Shown: in pieces, positions 37,451 to 51,640 of the stretch
Position numbering within the stretch: the first letter of the stretch is position 1
Layout of the letters: each line of letters opens with the position of its first letter
Assembly: GCA_964016885.1 (NCBI GenBank)
Contig: OZ024742.1
Span: forward strand, 272,304,001-272,368,000
DNA: 64,000 nt
Direction of reading: 5' to 3'
From: Eledone cirrhosa
Taxonomy: Eukaryota
The notes under the pieces: generated by a model
Database searches by the model: none
What the model was told of the DNA's origin: nothing
Seen by the model: only the letters and a program-made list of their open reading frames with translations
Made by a program: the position numbers and the translations under genes

Positions 37451-38004
37451 TTCAATGACATAACTCTTAATACTTAGAAATACAAAAATAGATCTCATGC
37501 GGCTGTGAGTAAAGGATTATTATAAATTATATAACCAAGCTATATTCGATAATATATTGCAATATGTTGTACATTCTTGCAATTTGAATTAAGTTTCCAA
37601 ATATGAATTATTTACTATAGTAATTCTAGATAAGAACATATGTTAATGTGTTTATTAGTATATAATATTATCAATTTAATATTATTTGATATAACCTAAC
37701 ATTAGTTCGAGTGTAAAATGTTGCATTCTCCTCTAGATACAACTAGTTTGATCAGTATGTTCCAATCGTATATGAACTTTTAAGCTATCATATTTGTCAT
37801 CTATTTATTTCCGTTTACACTTTTGGTTAAAAACACATTATAACTGATTAGATTAGTGTAAGTCTTTTGATAAAATAAGTTACTGCCATCATGTTTTTGT
37901 TGTGTATCACCACCTTAATGGATGCGTTAAATTAAATTCTGTTCTTCCTCAGTTCTCATTGTAAGAATTTTGCTTTTTAATTGATAGTTGTTATTATTGT
38001 TTTT

Positions 38005-38195
38005 ACGGTGGTGGATTGGCAGTATCGGTAGAGAGTCGGACGTCATGTTTTGCATCAAAGAGTTACGGCCCTTTATGATCTGAGTTCAAATCCTGCCGAG
38101 GTTAACTTTGCCTTTCATCCTTACGGGGTCGATAAAATAAAGTACCAGTAATGCTCTGGATAATTGCTGGCCTTGTGCCAAAAGTAGAAACAATT
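38005..38195 (+). mobile_element. tRNA-derived SINE, full length
   Basis: TGGCAGTATCGG A-box, GAGTTCAAATCC B-box, conserved core and tail. Confidence 0.88.
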
Positions 38196-39204
38196 ATTGT
38201 TTTCTTATTATTTGCACTGCTTGACTATATATTCGGTACGTTGAACTATATATCAAAATGTTTCCGAATAAAATGTTACCGATTTCTATATTTTCACAAT
38301 TGTTACTGCAAAACTTAACAGTGATAGATCCGTTTTACTGAGGACAAGTGAACACTTTTAATGAGAAAAAGTGTAAACGTGCACTGGAAAATATGTCACA
38401 CTTAGTTTATATTATTTGTTTCCACAAATGATATATTCAACTTATTTTATCACTCATGTGATCGTGATTGGGTGATATATGCACCATATGGTATTTGTAT
38501 GATACATCTTATTTGATTTAATTCTCTTAATCTAATAAATGATATAAATTTGAAGTCATCAGGTTTTTTCAGCTCTCTTTTTTCAATATGAAGCATTTTC
38601 AATTTGTTTTATTAAATTTTCAATAAAAGAGTAATTTGATGAAGAATTTTGTTGTTTTTGTAAAAAAAAAAAATGGCATATTCATAACCGGTACATATTT
38701 TCTAGTTCTAGTTTATTCATTTCTTTATGCCCATGACAACCGATCGATCAAATTCACTTCGCATATTCATTGAAGATTCCATAATAAATTGCTTTTATTT
38801 TATCTTTGTCAGAAGTTACTAGATTCTCTGTCTTTTATTTTCTATTTGATACAAGTTATTGCTTTGTGTAAGCCATGAAACTGGACTTTTGTTTCTATAT
38901 TTCATATTATCTGACGTGAAGCCGCATAAGTATATATGCATAAGATGTTAATTCATGTTCTCTTATGAAAATTATCCATTTCAATATTCATTTACCCCTA
39001 GGTTTTTTTATGAGATAAACAATGGGTTCATATACGTTGAAGGTTACCAGATTTAATTCAATTTTAGATGGTCTGTTTAACAATAAACGAACCCTGTGTA
39101 AATATATTGGTGGCAGACAAAACTTTTCGTCATTCATTGAGCAATAGCATTTTGAAAGGCAAACAAATAATTTTTTCTACATTTGGCACAAGACCAGCAA
39201 ATAT

Positions 39205-41175
39205 CCCAGTGCATAACTGGCCGAAGCGACTAAGTTGGAGGCGGAGAACGTGTCTCAGCAGGTGATGTCCCAGATGAGGATCTACTTTCTTTGAATGGGA
39301 AGAGGGTGATTCCGTCGCGCTGCTTGCCATATCCTCGGTGAAGACCTGTTGACTCCAGCTGAGATGGAAAGACAGCTGCGTCCAGGCTTCATTTGAATAT
39401 GTCGGGCGAACCGGTCTGCGCTCTGCTGGCAAGACAGAGGGTGCAGGGCGAACTTCTCAACAACCGCCCTATCCCACAGTTGCATTTATGTGGCTCACAC
39501 AGGTGGAGGACAAGGAGTTGAACTACTCCGATGCGACTGCACTCGTTTTAAAAGAAGGGCATCGGTTCATGAGGAGGAGAGCACCAGATTGAGCAACGCG
39601 CCGCTGTTGGGCTGAGAAGCAGAGCGGAGGCAGGTGACGCGGTGTTGGTCCAAGCTAGACTTGTTTTACTTGACAGAAGACCTACAATTGATGTCGTCCC
39701 ATTTATGTTCGACCATTGTATCATAGGGGATAGAGAGGCCTTTGCCTGTACAGTAAGCCAGAGCCTGTTCTATCTTAGGGACCAGGCCAGTTACCACCAT
39801 CTGGCCGAGAAACTCAGTAACGAGAGAGTGACAGGAGGAGATAGAGAAGTGGTAGGCAGATAAAGCTAGTTCCGAAGCTGATCGGATCCGAGGCCACTGA
39901 ACATCACTGGCAGTGTCGTTTGTTACCAGCCTATGCTGTCGAAACATTCATTGCAGATGTGTTCCGCTCAGTGTCGAATGATGGCCTCAAGTTCCCCGAG
40001 AATATCTACATGGAGTTGGCAAGGTGCACCGCGTAGCGTGAATGTGAGTTTGGGGAGGGCGAAATAGTTCCTCACGAGGAAGAGCGTGGGATAAGCGTCA
40101 ATGAGAGGCAGCCTATCTGCTAATAGTGACAAATCCATGTCCTTGGCCTGAAGGCATTTTCTTATGGCATTCGGGAGAATGGCGAAGCCGAGAATGCATG
40201 TGGCGTCCTTTGGTATCACACGAGCCCCAGTGAGTATGAGATGGGTGCAGAGTACTGCCTCGCGGAATTCGGCCTCTCCGTATCTGATGTTTGTCACGTC
40301 AGACAACGTTTGGGCTGATGTCAAGTCCAAGCAGTTTAGACCTGAGATGATTTGTTGAAGCTCGTCAACTACCGCCACAGCCGGGCCACCAGGCGTTGTG
40401 TTGTGACGGACCGACCGAGCTACCTCGTCTACTGCAGGCGCAAATAGGGGCAAGCCTAGTGAGTCCCCCTGCTGGAACCTGTGGTGGAAGTAACTCTTAG
40501 GTCGGCGGCCATGAGCGAGTTGCGTGTCTTGTATGAAAGGTGAACGAGTGTGTAGATGGCGAGGGGCTCGTCTGAGAAATATCTCTAGGACGTGATCACG
40601 TCTAACGTTGTGGAAGGCGTTAGTCATATCCAGCTTTACGAGGAGGTGGGGTGACGAGGGAGGCGCGTGATCTATGAAGCGTCTGGCCGCATGTACTGTG
40701 GCCTCACAACCGCACTTGAGTCCCCCTCCGTGCTGGTCAGGGCTTAGCACCTCCCTCAGGTCATTTTTAATTGATTTGCAAGGTATCTTGGCTCCAAGTT
40801 GTCGGAAGACGTTACCCACCACGATGGAGCCGATGCCTCAGTCATTCTTCCTCAGTGTGGTCAAGCGGGCTGAGAAGAAAAGTTCGTAGGCATGGCTGGG
40901 CAAGTTTGTGAGGAGGAGACAGTTGGTGAGGGCTGTTAATGATTGCTGCCGTCGGGCCCTTGCTTCCGCTGTGAGAGACGAGATGAGGGATCGGAGGTGA
41001 CCGGGGCGCAAGCCGTCTACTCCGCCACTGCTGCTACCAGGAGAAGATCTGATGGCGGCTACCACGTCCTCGCAGCACACTGCCGTGAAGAGATTGGTGT
41101 CTGGGGTCGGTACGTCCCCGATATAGACAGGAGGGTCCGAATGTGTGGGGCGATATGCTGACAAATCTTTCGATG
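39205..41175 (-). mobile_element. CRE-type non-LTR retrotransposon, disrupted
   Basis: SSGGVDGLRPGHL, GCEATVHAARRF, VKLDMTNAFHNVRRD, QQGDSLG.PLF. Confidence 0.82.
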
Positions 41176-41229
41176 TTGGACGGAGCAATGTATTCGGATA
41201 AATAGTGCTAAATAGTAACCATTCAATGT

Positions 41230-41525
41230 GGCAGTAGGCCTCCCCCATTTGCTCGTGCTCCCAAATCTTCTATTCATTATGTTCATAAACAAGATTGTCA
41301 TGCACAACCGTGATGGAAATTGTGTCAGGACTGGTAGGTGTCGAATCTGTCTACTGGAATTTGCAGACGTCATGATATTACTTAACTCGACAGTAAGTGA
41401 TGTCCGACTTGATAGGTTTGATGTCGAGTGCTGCATTCTACATGTAAAAGGAGTTCCACTGATGCAGTTAGAGATGTTTAAGTATGAGGGGTCCGTGTTC
41501 GCGAGTCATGGGAGACAAGTGACTC
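41230..41525 (+). mobile_element. RTE-type LINE RT relic
   Basis: LLFIMFINKI..CLLEFAD, FKYEGSVF. Confidence 0.55.
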
Positions 41526-41612
41526 TAATTATGTACAATAATTGTAGGAGTTGGCGCAGTAAGACGTGACCGGGGTGCAAGCCGACTAATTCGCCACTGC
41601 TGCTACCAGGAG

Positions 41613-41614
41613 GA

Positions 41615-41649
<35 letters not shown>

Positions 41650-41731
41650 AGAAGAAGAAGAAGAAGAAGAAGAAGAAGAAGAAGAAGAAGAAGAAGAAGA
41701 AGAAGAAGAAGAAGAAGAACAACAACAACAA

Positions 41732-41762
<31 letters not shown>

Positions 41763-41766
41763 AACA

Positions 41767-41797
<31 letters not shown>

Positions 41798-41845
41798 CAA
41801 CATCAACGTCAGCAACAACAACGAAAACAACAACAACAACAATAA
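41613..41845. repeat. Compound (AAG)n(AAC)n(AGC)n microsatellite
   Basis: Direct reading. Confidence 0.95.
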
Positions 41846-41971
41846 CTTCCAGTAACTACTTCTATCACCTGATTCGAAATAATACCTAGTGCTCCTCTGA
41901 CAGTGGCGAATCCTTTCCAGTACTCAATTTAGATCCTGGTAAATATTATCATCATTAATATTATAAATATT

Positions 41972-42170
41972 ATGGCGGTGGTTTGGTAGTATCGGCAGAG
42001 CGTCAGATACCATGCTTTGCAGCGCAGAGATATGGCTGTTTACGTTAGGAGTTCAAATCCCGCCCACCTTAGCTTTAACTTTCATTTTTGCGGGTTGGAA
42101 TAAATAAAGCGCCAGTAATCGACGTTCCCTCCTCCCAATTTGCTGGCCTTATACCTATAGTAGAAATCAT
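41972..42170 (+). mobile_element. tRNA-derived SINE
   Basis: Same head, B-box GAGTTCAAATCC and tail as other copies. Confidence 0.8.
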
Positions 42171-42269
42171 TGTTATTATTACAATTATTGTCCGTAACGC
42201 TTTTGTTCCGGCAGATTTTACAGCGACACGATACCAAAAGAGGAAGCCATAACCAATGACCAAAGGTAC

Positions 42270-44690
42270 TTTCGGTCATTCCTTCTACTTCAACTTTCCA
42301 ATATGTTTCTTAAAGTTTTTTCTGTTACCATCAAGGCTGTTTTCTGCAACAATCCTGTCCCGATGGTATTTCATTGCTTCTCAAACCATGCATCCCACCC
42401 TCTACTCTCAGTGTGCGAACTCCAATCGGTAACACTTCTATGTGAACCAATCTAGCAATGTTGTCATGCCTGCCCTTGTAATCTTTCTGATCAAGCATCT
42501 TACATTCACTAATAATGTGGTTTATTGCCTCACCTTTCTCACGACATTGTTCTTTGATAGAAAGCAACTAATGCAGTCAGGTGTTTTCCTTTTTATTGGT
42601 CTTTCACAATTCCTTTGAACTGCTTGACCAATATTTTGTGCGTGCACAGGAACGAGAAAAACCAGAAATGGGACACCCTATCTCTACCATATTTCCAATT
42701 ATAAGCTTTATTGAGTGCCATAGTTGAGTCTGCTATTAAGATGTCTTCTTATACTTGGTATTGTAAATTTGTGTCGGAATTTCCAAGTGACTAATGCAAA
42801 CTACATTAGCATTAAATGACTTCTCATCATTCCAAATCTTTCTTCAAAAGTGTTCAACTTCTTCAATGGAAGGAAGGTCATCAATAACTATTTTCACTTT
42901 CCCTATTTCTCTACAGAATAACTTGGTATTGAAGGTGAACATCTTATTTAGCCTGTAGAAGTGGTTTCGCTTCTCTAATCTGCGCATTCTTTCGGACTTT
43001 ACTGGGACTTTTTGTTTCAAAGATTTGTTTGTTGATATTAGTACTTCTCTAGGTAAAATCCATATTTTCTCTTTAGCTTTCTATCCTTTCTGAATGTTTC
43101 ATCATTTTCAGTGATTAGCACATTCAGTAAAGATATTTTCGCTCCCATTAGGCGAATCACCTTTTCAATAATACTTCTCAAAATTGATTTATTTTTGAGG
43201 AGTAGAATTGAAAAGGGGATTAGAATTTTCCCAGGTAACTCACTTTCACAATTAATTTTTTGCATAGCTTTAATATCCTTTTCAACCGAAGTTCGTCAAC
43301 CCAAACTCAGTTGAATTAGATGCTGAAACAGTCATGTATGAAATTGAACAGGAGAAACTTATGAATAATTACGGATTAATAAGGGGTCTAGCATTCAGCA
43401 TGCAAGTATCAATGAGAGGGTAAAAAGGATTGTTACAGGACAGTACGCCCAGTACTGAGATCAGAACTAAATGCTCATAACAAGGAGTTAACCATAAATT
43501 ACTTGGCAGTTCCAGTTATCATTCATAGTTACGGTGTGCTAAATTGGAATATGAGTGAAATTAAAAGAAGCGACACTACAATCCGTAAGTTACTGGCTTG
43601 TAATAGGATGCACCACCCGAAAGCAGATGTGGATCGTCTTTACCTTCCGAGAACTCAAGGAGGCCGTGGACTGATCTAATTTGAACTTACCTACACGACC
43701 ACCACTATTGGACTGAACAAATACCCTGAAACAACACACGGCTGTTTGCTGAAACTCGTTGAAAACCATGAGAGACGTGAGGAGATTCATTTTATCTTGA
43801 AGGACCGCAAAAATACGCTTCTGATCTCAGGCTTGATAACCAAGTAGGACAGGCTAAGGAAACTCTTGGAATGATGCTGCTAAGCTTATGAAATTAATGG
43901 CAAAAGCAAAAGGGCAAGAACAATTATCATCAAAGTAGGAGCAGCAGCCTCTGCATGGCAAATATTTGGCCCGAAGCAAAGAAGCTGACATTGACCAAAA
44001 GCACACACATCAGTGGCTACGTAGCTCAGAGCTAAAAGCAACGTGAAAAGGCCAAGATCAAAGCTTTTTGACATGGAATTACCAGGCCAATATGATAAGA
44101 AATGGAATGAATAAAAAGTACAGATTCTGCAATGATGAGATTGAAACAAGAGGTCACTTTGTTTCTGGATGTACGATTTTAGCCCCAGTAGAATACAAAT
44201 ATAGACATGACAGAGTTAGCCAATATCTGCACTGCGTGATATGTTGACATTATAAAATCAAAGTTGCTGACAAGTGGTACAATCATCACCCTGAGGCTGT
44301 AATTGAAGGAGGAAAATTAACGTTTGTTTAGGACTATCCTGTCCATAACGACCGGACCATGAACAACTAATATACCAGATATCATTGTAAAAGACCAACA
44401 TAATGAGATCTGTATAATTATTAATATGAGCATCCCATATGATCACACTATTGCGGCAAAAGAATTGACAAGGTAAGAAAACATAAAGATCTGCTCATCG
44501 AAATTGAAAAAAAAGTGTGACACCCCAAGGCCGTTACAATAACGGTGACTGTAGCAGTTATGGGAATGATCAGGATAGGAACATAAGAGTATTTGAGAAT
44601 GGTTCCTGGTTTACCCTTTCTGCAAGATGTGCAAAACATTATTTTAACTGGTATTGAGTAGAGCACTATCTCTGTGATAATGATATACTT
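42270..44690. mobile_element. Old R4/Dong-like LINE fragments (minus 42270-43300, plus 43310-44690)
   Basis: CREKGEAINHIISECK..YKGRHDNIARLVH (minus); HPKADVDRLYLPRTQGGRGL, RHDRV, PDIIVKD (plus). Confidence 0.7.
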
Positions 44691-44819
44691 CAATGCATGT
44701 ATGTGTAGATGAGTGTGTATGTGTCTGGGTGTGTGCGCGCGCAAGCATGGATATCTTCTATTTATATGAATATGTATGTGTGTGTATATATGTATATGTA
44801 TATATGTGTGTGTATGTGC

Positions 44820-44902
<83 letters not shown>

Positions 44903-44906
<4 letters not shown>

Positions 44907-46330
44907 TATGTACACGTACATACATATATGCATACAGATGTACAGTAGTATGTATATATACATACATGCACACATATATATATTTGTACGTATGGATTCA
45001 CCGAACATTTATTATGATGCTCGGTGTGTTTGTAAACAAACATCCCGTATTAAGCCGTTGCTCGTTTGTTCAACACTGACAAATGAACGCTGTACTAGTT
45101 TCAAGCTTATTAACTATCGTCAACAACCTATACCTTCCTGCCAGATTGTTCAACGTATATACTTACCTTATGCATATTAACGGCTGAGTAGCCCAAGTTG
45201 CATATCGAGTGGGTTAATCGGCCGAGTGCACCGAAAACGATAAACGGAAAAAATGAAACGAAATTTCATTTCCGACTCTTAGTACGGCTGTTACTTAAAT
45301 ATAAGTATGTACACGTACATACATATATGCATACAGACGTACAGTAGTATGTATATATATATACATACATGCACACATGTATATATGTACGTATGGATTC
45401 ACCGAACATTTATTATAATCCTCGGTGTGTTTGTAAACAAACATCCCGTATTAAGCCGTGGTGTCTAGCAACCATCGTTGCTCGTTTGTACAACACTGAA
45501 AAAGGAACGCTGTACTAGTTTCAAGCTTATTAGCTATCTTCAGCAACGTATACCTTCCTGCCAGATTGTTGAACGTATATACTTACCTTATGCATATTAA
45601 CTGCTGAGTAGCCCAATTTGCATATAGTGTGGGTTAATCGGCCGGGTGCACCGATAACGATAAACGGAAGAAATGAAACGAAATTCCATTTCCCAGTCTT
45701 AGTACGGCTGTTACTTAAATATAAGTATGTACACGTACATACATATATGCATACAGACGTACAGTAGTATGTATATATATATACATACATGCACACATAT
45801 ATATATGTACGTATAGATTTACCGAACATTTATTATAATGCTCGGTGTGTTTGTAAATAAACATCCCGTATTAAGCCGTAGTGTCTAGCAACCATCGTTG
45901 CTCGTTTGTTCAACACTGACAAACGAACGCTGTACTAGTTTCAAGCTTATTAACTATCGTCAGCAATGTATAACTTCCTGCCAGATTGTTGAACGTATAT
46001 ACTTACCTTATGCATATTAACGGCTGAGTAGCCCAATTTGCATATCGAGTGGGTTAATCGGCCGGGTGCACCGAAAACGATAAACGGAAAAATTGAAACG
46101 AAATTTCATTTCCCACTCTTAGAACGGCTGTTACTTAAATATAAGTATGTACACGTACATACATATATGTATACAGACGTACAGTATATATATATATAAT
46201 ACGGGATGTTTGTTTACAAACACACCGAGCATTATAATAAATGTTCGGTGAATCCATGCGTACATATATATATATGTGTTAATGTATGTATATATATATA
46301 CATACTACTGTACGTATGTATGCATATATG
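44903..46330 (-). mobile_element. Retrozyme-like family B: three tandem 420-bp units plus short inverted arm
   Basis: HHRs at 45087-45129, 45507-45549, 45927-45969 spaced exactly 420; 46195-46330 inverted. Confidence 0.9.
45507..45549 (-). ncRNA. Hammerhead ribozyme, family B
   Basis: ACGTTG-CTGAAGA-TAGCT AATA AGCTT-GAAACTAGTA-CAGCGT. Confidence 0.85.
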
Positions 46331-46973
46331 GCGGCGGGGATATACGTGCGTGTGTGTAAGCTGTAAATTAAAATCAATGTGGTGTGTTAGCTGGCTTACT
46401 AATGTATACCGTGAGTTTACTTGCACTAGGTGTCAGGAAGACAGTCGGTATATGACGGAAACAATACTAAATGAAAAAGAAAACAATAAAACTTGTAATA
46501 ATAATAATGTTAGTAGAGATTATTAACAATTTTTTTCAAATTTATTGAATGTTAATAGAAGGATAGACATAAAATGATTTGCATCACTCCAGGAAGCCAT
46601 AGTGCTATCATATTTATATACTGTTTTATACTTGATGTTCGAGTAAACCAAATTATGGAAACCAGTGCCGGAAGAAATCGATGTGAACATAACGAAATAT
46701 GTCACAAACGTACAAAATCAAGTCCCCATTTTCAGACAACAAAAGATTCCACCGCATGATGCACGTTGTATGAATGCCTTTGGGGAGTCAGATTACAAAA
46801 AGAAATGCTGGAAAATTTAAATTTCGAACATTTTATATTATACACAAAGTGGCCTAGTTTTAAAGAAATACGAATACAAACGCGAAGAATCTACAAGTGT
46901 GAAGAGAATCTGACTCTTATGTCAAAACTGAGTTTTCTGTCATCATTGATATTATATTGAAGATATTATATTA

Positions 46974-47165
46974 TGGCGGTGGGTTGGCCGTATCGGTAGA
47001 GGGTAGGACGCCATGCTTTGCAGCAAAGAGATACCGCCCTTTACGATATCAGTTCAAATCCCGCCAAGATTAACTTTGCCTTTCATCCTTACGGGGGCCG
47101 AATAAATAAAGTACAGTAATGCAGTGGGGTAATTGCTTGTCTTGAACCAAAAGTAGAAATAATTA
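46974..47165 (+). mobile_element. tRNA-derived SINE
   Basis: Same family core CCTTTCATCCTTACGGGG. Confidence 0.85.
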
Positions 47166-49370
47166 TATTAGAATTAAGACCACAATTGTAAGGCATGAAG
47201 ATTACACTCATAGCAAATAACATACGTGAATGGGTTCGCATATCATCAAGAATAATAAAAGTAAGTTTGAATGCAGATGGTATTGTAGCTGTTATGCAGC
47301 ACCTCCTGATTGATCGACAAAGTAAGACCACCACGTATTAAGGTAATAAATTGCAATTTGAAGGCAAAAGGTTAGAGGTGATAAGAGCTTATTATGCGTA
47401 CTCTTTGATGAAGTAAGTTTTTAAAAATGAAACGTATTTCAAGGATTAGTGGGCTTATTACATTATATTAATCGTACAGAGTCTATTCCATCCCGGTAAG
47501 AAAATGGAAATAGACGAAACATGACGCTGGTCGGGAAAAATTCCATCTCCAAAATCTGGAAACGCTTCTTGATTGAAGCCCAAACTTTATGTTTTGGGAT
47601 ACGCAGAAAAACAGATTGAAGATGATATGGTTTCCATTGATCTTAGTGAAGGGGAAAGCAGGTGAATATTGCTCTGGAGAACCGCAAATCCACCAGGTAT
47701 CGAAACAGGGCATCATCATGTTTAAAATAAACTTCGAGAGCCACCATTTGCAAATAAGTAAAATTATGAATTTCAGTATTTAATTGAGGAGTATTTTAAA
47801 CATGACTTGAACGTCAATAAATCAGTATGAACTCCTAATCCTGTTGGTAAAATGCAATATTTATCAGTTCTGTCTGACTTAGTAACATGAAGAATTCAAC
47901 ACTATTTATAATTCTTTTTTACTGTTTGGAAACGAAAGAAAGGATAGCAATCATGGTCATTCAGAACTCACAATCTATGTCCGATGGAAGGAATCGTAGC
48001 GGTGATCCTTAAACCTCACATTTCTCTGATGTTCTTGCAAGAGTGAACTCCGCTAAAGACATTCGATTTAATAGTTTTTAGTAAACACCATTGTGGACAA
48101 TTACGTCTCCTATGCAATATCTCATGTTGCAAAGAGCATTCCGAAACACTGAAGGTTATATTATCCTCTGCACTTACAATTAGACTAAACTTTAGGTATT
48201 GTCTGTGGCGGAATTTTAACGATACTGAATGGATAAAATGTGTATTTATTTTACACGGAACTCAACTGCATTGCACGGAAATTATGAATGAATACTTCAA
48301 GTTATTTGTGGTCTACTCAAATATCTCTCGTCCTAAGGGAATGCATAAAGCTCATGTTCCTGTCTCCTTTCATTCGCACATAAATCAACATATATTTCTC
48401 ACTAACGATCTCAGTTACCGGAGGAAAGAACTTCTGGTTTAAATCAATGGTCATCCTTCATACATATATTACACCACCCCATATTCAATAAGTTCAATGA
48501 TGCCACAGAATGATCATTTATTTAAAGTTGATGCTCCAGCGTAGACTTAGCTCTGTCAGTGTAACAAAACCCCAACAAAACCTGAAGAAATTAAGATATA
48601 AAATATTAGCTATGAATAGAATGATCATTTGGATTGATCAATACTATGGTAAAATCTAAAGAGAAAATACATAATAAACAATATTATATGTCAGAAAGAA
48701 AATAAAGAATATTCGACAAAACATATGCATTAATATGTATTATTTTATGTCTTAAATATTCGGGTGGCAGTATTTTAAACTACGCTGCATTTGTGATCTC
48801 ATAAAAAAATAACACAAATTCATAAATAAAAGCATGAGAAGTAAATACGTTCACTATTAAACTGGACATAATCACGAAATACGTTGATTATTTTCGGAAA
48901 TAATTTAAATACTACAAATTCAGATTTTAATTACCATTAGAGATTTATAGTGTATTGGAAATTATTTCTTTGTATTATTGTATTTTACTTTCTGAGCGTA
49001 TTATAGAAATCTTGTCATAACTGAAACGAATGAATGGCACTAAATAGGATTAATTTAAAAGTGACGTATATTTAATTCGTATATAAACATTTCAGTAAAA
49101 GAGAAAGGGATGGATGTGGAATAAACAACAGAACAATAATTAAATAAAACAAGAGAATCTCAAAATCAGCCGAAAAATGGAAAACTGACATAAAGATTGG
49201 TAAAAACTTCATAAATTACAAACATTGTGATTGTTTTGAGCGTGTATTATATTTGAAATATTAAATAGGGATTAGACTAACGTATCCATAATAGAAACGC
49301 ATAGACTTTCACATATTAATGTACTTGTATAGGTTTTCTCACACACAGACACAGGAACACAGGCAAACAC

Positions 49371-49434
<64 letters not shown>

Positions 49435-49959
49435 ACTATTTCTCTATTACGTGTTCCAGCCGACAGGTTGAGGCCATGCAAGAGTAGATATATATATATA
49501 TGTGTGTGTGTGGGGGGGGGGGTATAACGTATGTGTGGGGGGGGGGGTTGTTGATAATATGTTAGTATTGTAAACAAGGGATATCGAACGGAATGAAATA
49601 ATGCTTATCGATTAAAATATGACATTTAATGGCAGAAAAAAATGTAAACATAAGTAATATAAAATCAAATATATGAATAATTATGGGATTTGCCCAATAT
49701 AACAGAATTTCAATATATTGTGACTTACTTGCTATCGTTTTTAAACAATTTAGGTGCCAATAAACAATTTAGGTGCCAATAAACTCGCAGAGTTATGTGT
49801 GTATGCATGCATGAAGATGTCTTCGAAATGGCATATAGTGTATGATATCGACATCAAAGAGAAATTAACTGAATTAATGTTTCATAGATAATAACAGGCT
49901 CTCATAGCAGGATAGAAACACATAAAACAGTAAATAATCAACACGTAAAACCGACCACA

Positions 49960-51240
49960 TAAAATGTGCCTTAAAAAATGGTCCCAAGCACATATTGTTT
50001 CGCTGTATATTTGTTTTCTACCCGATCAACCTTAAATTTCAGGATATGTCTTATACCATATATGTGAGGAAAATTTGATCCGATGGTAGCTCCAGCACAG
50101 CATTTTGTATGTGAAATCCTACTGTGGCTTGCACAAGCAGTTCCAGGGGCAATTTCAATTGGAAATGGATACCTCCCCCCTCCCCCCGAAAACATCCACT
50201 ATACAAACATGACTGAAGATGTTTGCGAATATTAGACGGTGGAAAATGGGAACACAATGACATCCTACCCACACTGGAGACCCAAGGAAGCTGACATAGG
50301 AGGTTATTGTCATGGTCAAAGCGTTTGTTGAACAGAAACAATCACTGCGGAGAAGCCGGTCCTTGGGTCTTTCCACAGATGCATGTAGCAATGGTATCTA
50401 AGAGTATTTTAAGAGATATCCCTGTAGAATACAGACAATAGAGAAGTTTAATGTAGCTGACAAATCCAAGAGAAAGGCATTGACCGCGAAAATGCTAGAG
50501 AGGGAAAATAACAAATTTCTAAATCTTCTTTGGACATCTAATGAAGCCTACTTTCACTTAGAGGGGACGAAACAACTCTAAGAGGAATGTATTCTGGTAA
50601 TAAAAGTAAACCACTGAAAAGGCGGTGAAACATCTCCAATCAGCTAATGTAATGTGATCATTTCCATATTTGCTTGGCCCTTTATTCTTGGTATTACTGG
50701 TATTACTGTTACTGTCACAAAGAAATGTAATGTGGTCGTCCTGGAGGACTCCATAAGGAAGCTAAAAACCATGTACCCATCAATGAGGTATAATTTATGT
50801 TTCCCTCAAGAGTGAGCGGAAAATCTCAAACATCTGATGAGTTGTAAAAATGGCTGAAAGATAAGGTTGAATCTAATTTAAGACACCCGAATTGCATTCT
50901 TTGCGGCTTTCAAAAGTATAGAGTATTTGACAAGAAACCCGGAATCATCCCTGATATAATGGAAAGCACCATGGAGGAAATCAGTGCCATCATTTGGTCT
51001 ATTTGTAAAGACTGTATGCTAAACATCCCCATAAGCCTGAAATAATGTACGCATTCAAATGGGGATCACATGGAACATGTGCTGTAAATCTGAGAAGAAA
51101 GACCTGAAGCTAATGAATCATTGATATATTGTTTTCCATGGTATGATATAAACTGAGTCGCAATGTTATCAAATTTTCGTTAACAAAATGACTAATGTAC
51201 ACAAAAATAAAAATAGGGCCAATTTTTTAGTCACCCTATA
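49960..51240 (+). mobile_element. Tc1/mariner DNA transposon relic
   Basis: WTS(N)EAYFHL first catalytic motif, C-terminal NGDHMEHVL*, degenerate TIRs (..AAAAAATGGTCCC ~49975 / GGGCCAATTTTTTAGTCACCCTATA 51215-51240); ~1.28 kb. Confidence 0.72.
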
Positions 51241-51307
51241 CCCACGCACATCCGTACATACGTCCTACACAGATACACACATCACACATACGTACGCACA
51301 GACACAT

Positions 51308-51370
<63 letters not shown>

Positions 51371-51465
51371 AATAAGAAAGAAAGATAAAGTGAGAACGAG
51401 AGTGCGAAGTGATATATAAGCAAAACGGAAAACACGAGAGAATCACTCATTATTATATGACAGTT

Positions 51466-51640
51466 AGGTGGTGGACTGGCAGTATAGGTAGAGAGTCTGA
51501 CGCCATGTTTTGCAGCAGAGTGTTACGGCCTTTTATGGTCTGAGTTCAAATCGTTGCCTTTCATCCTTACAGGGTCGACAAAATAAAGTACCAGTAATGT
51601 ACAGGATAATTGTTGGCCCTGCGCCAAAAGTAGAACAAAT
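51466..51640 (+). mobile_element. tRNA-derived SINE
   Basis: Same family, small internal deletion. Confidence 0.82.

Noticed and set aside
44903-46190. CRISPR-like or satellite reading of the tandem array
   Set aside because: Whole 420-bp units repeat with no unique spacers and no cas genes; eukaryotic context, and each unit holds an HHR.
46520-48620. Apparently unique sequence with splice-like signals (e.g. minus-strand TTTCTTCAG near 48582) as host exons
   Set aside because: The candidate exon has stops in all three frames and no recognisable domain; cannot be supported without RNA-seq.
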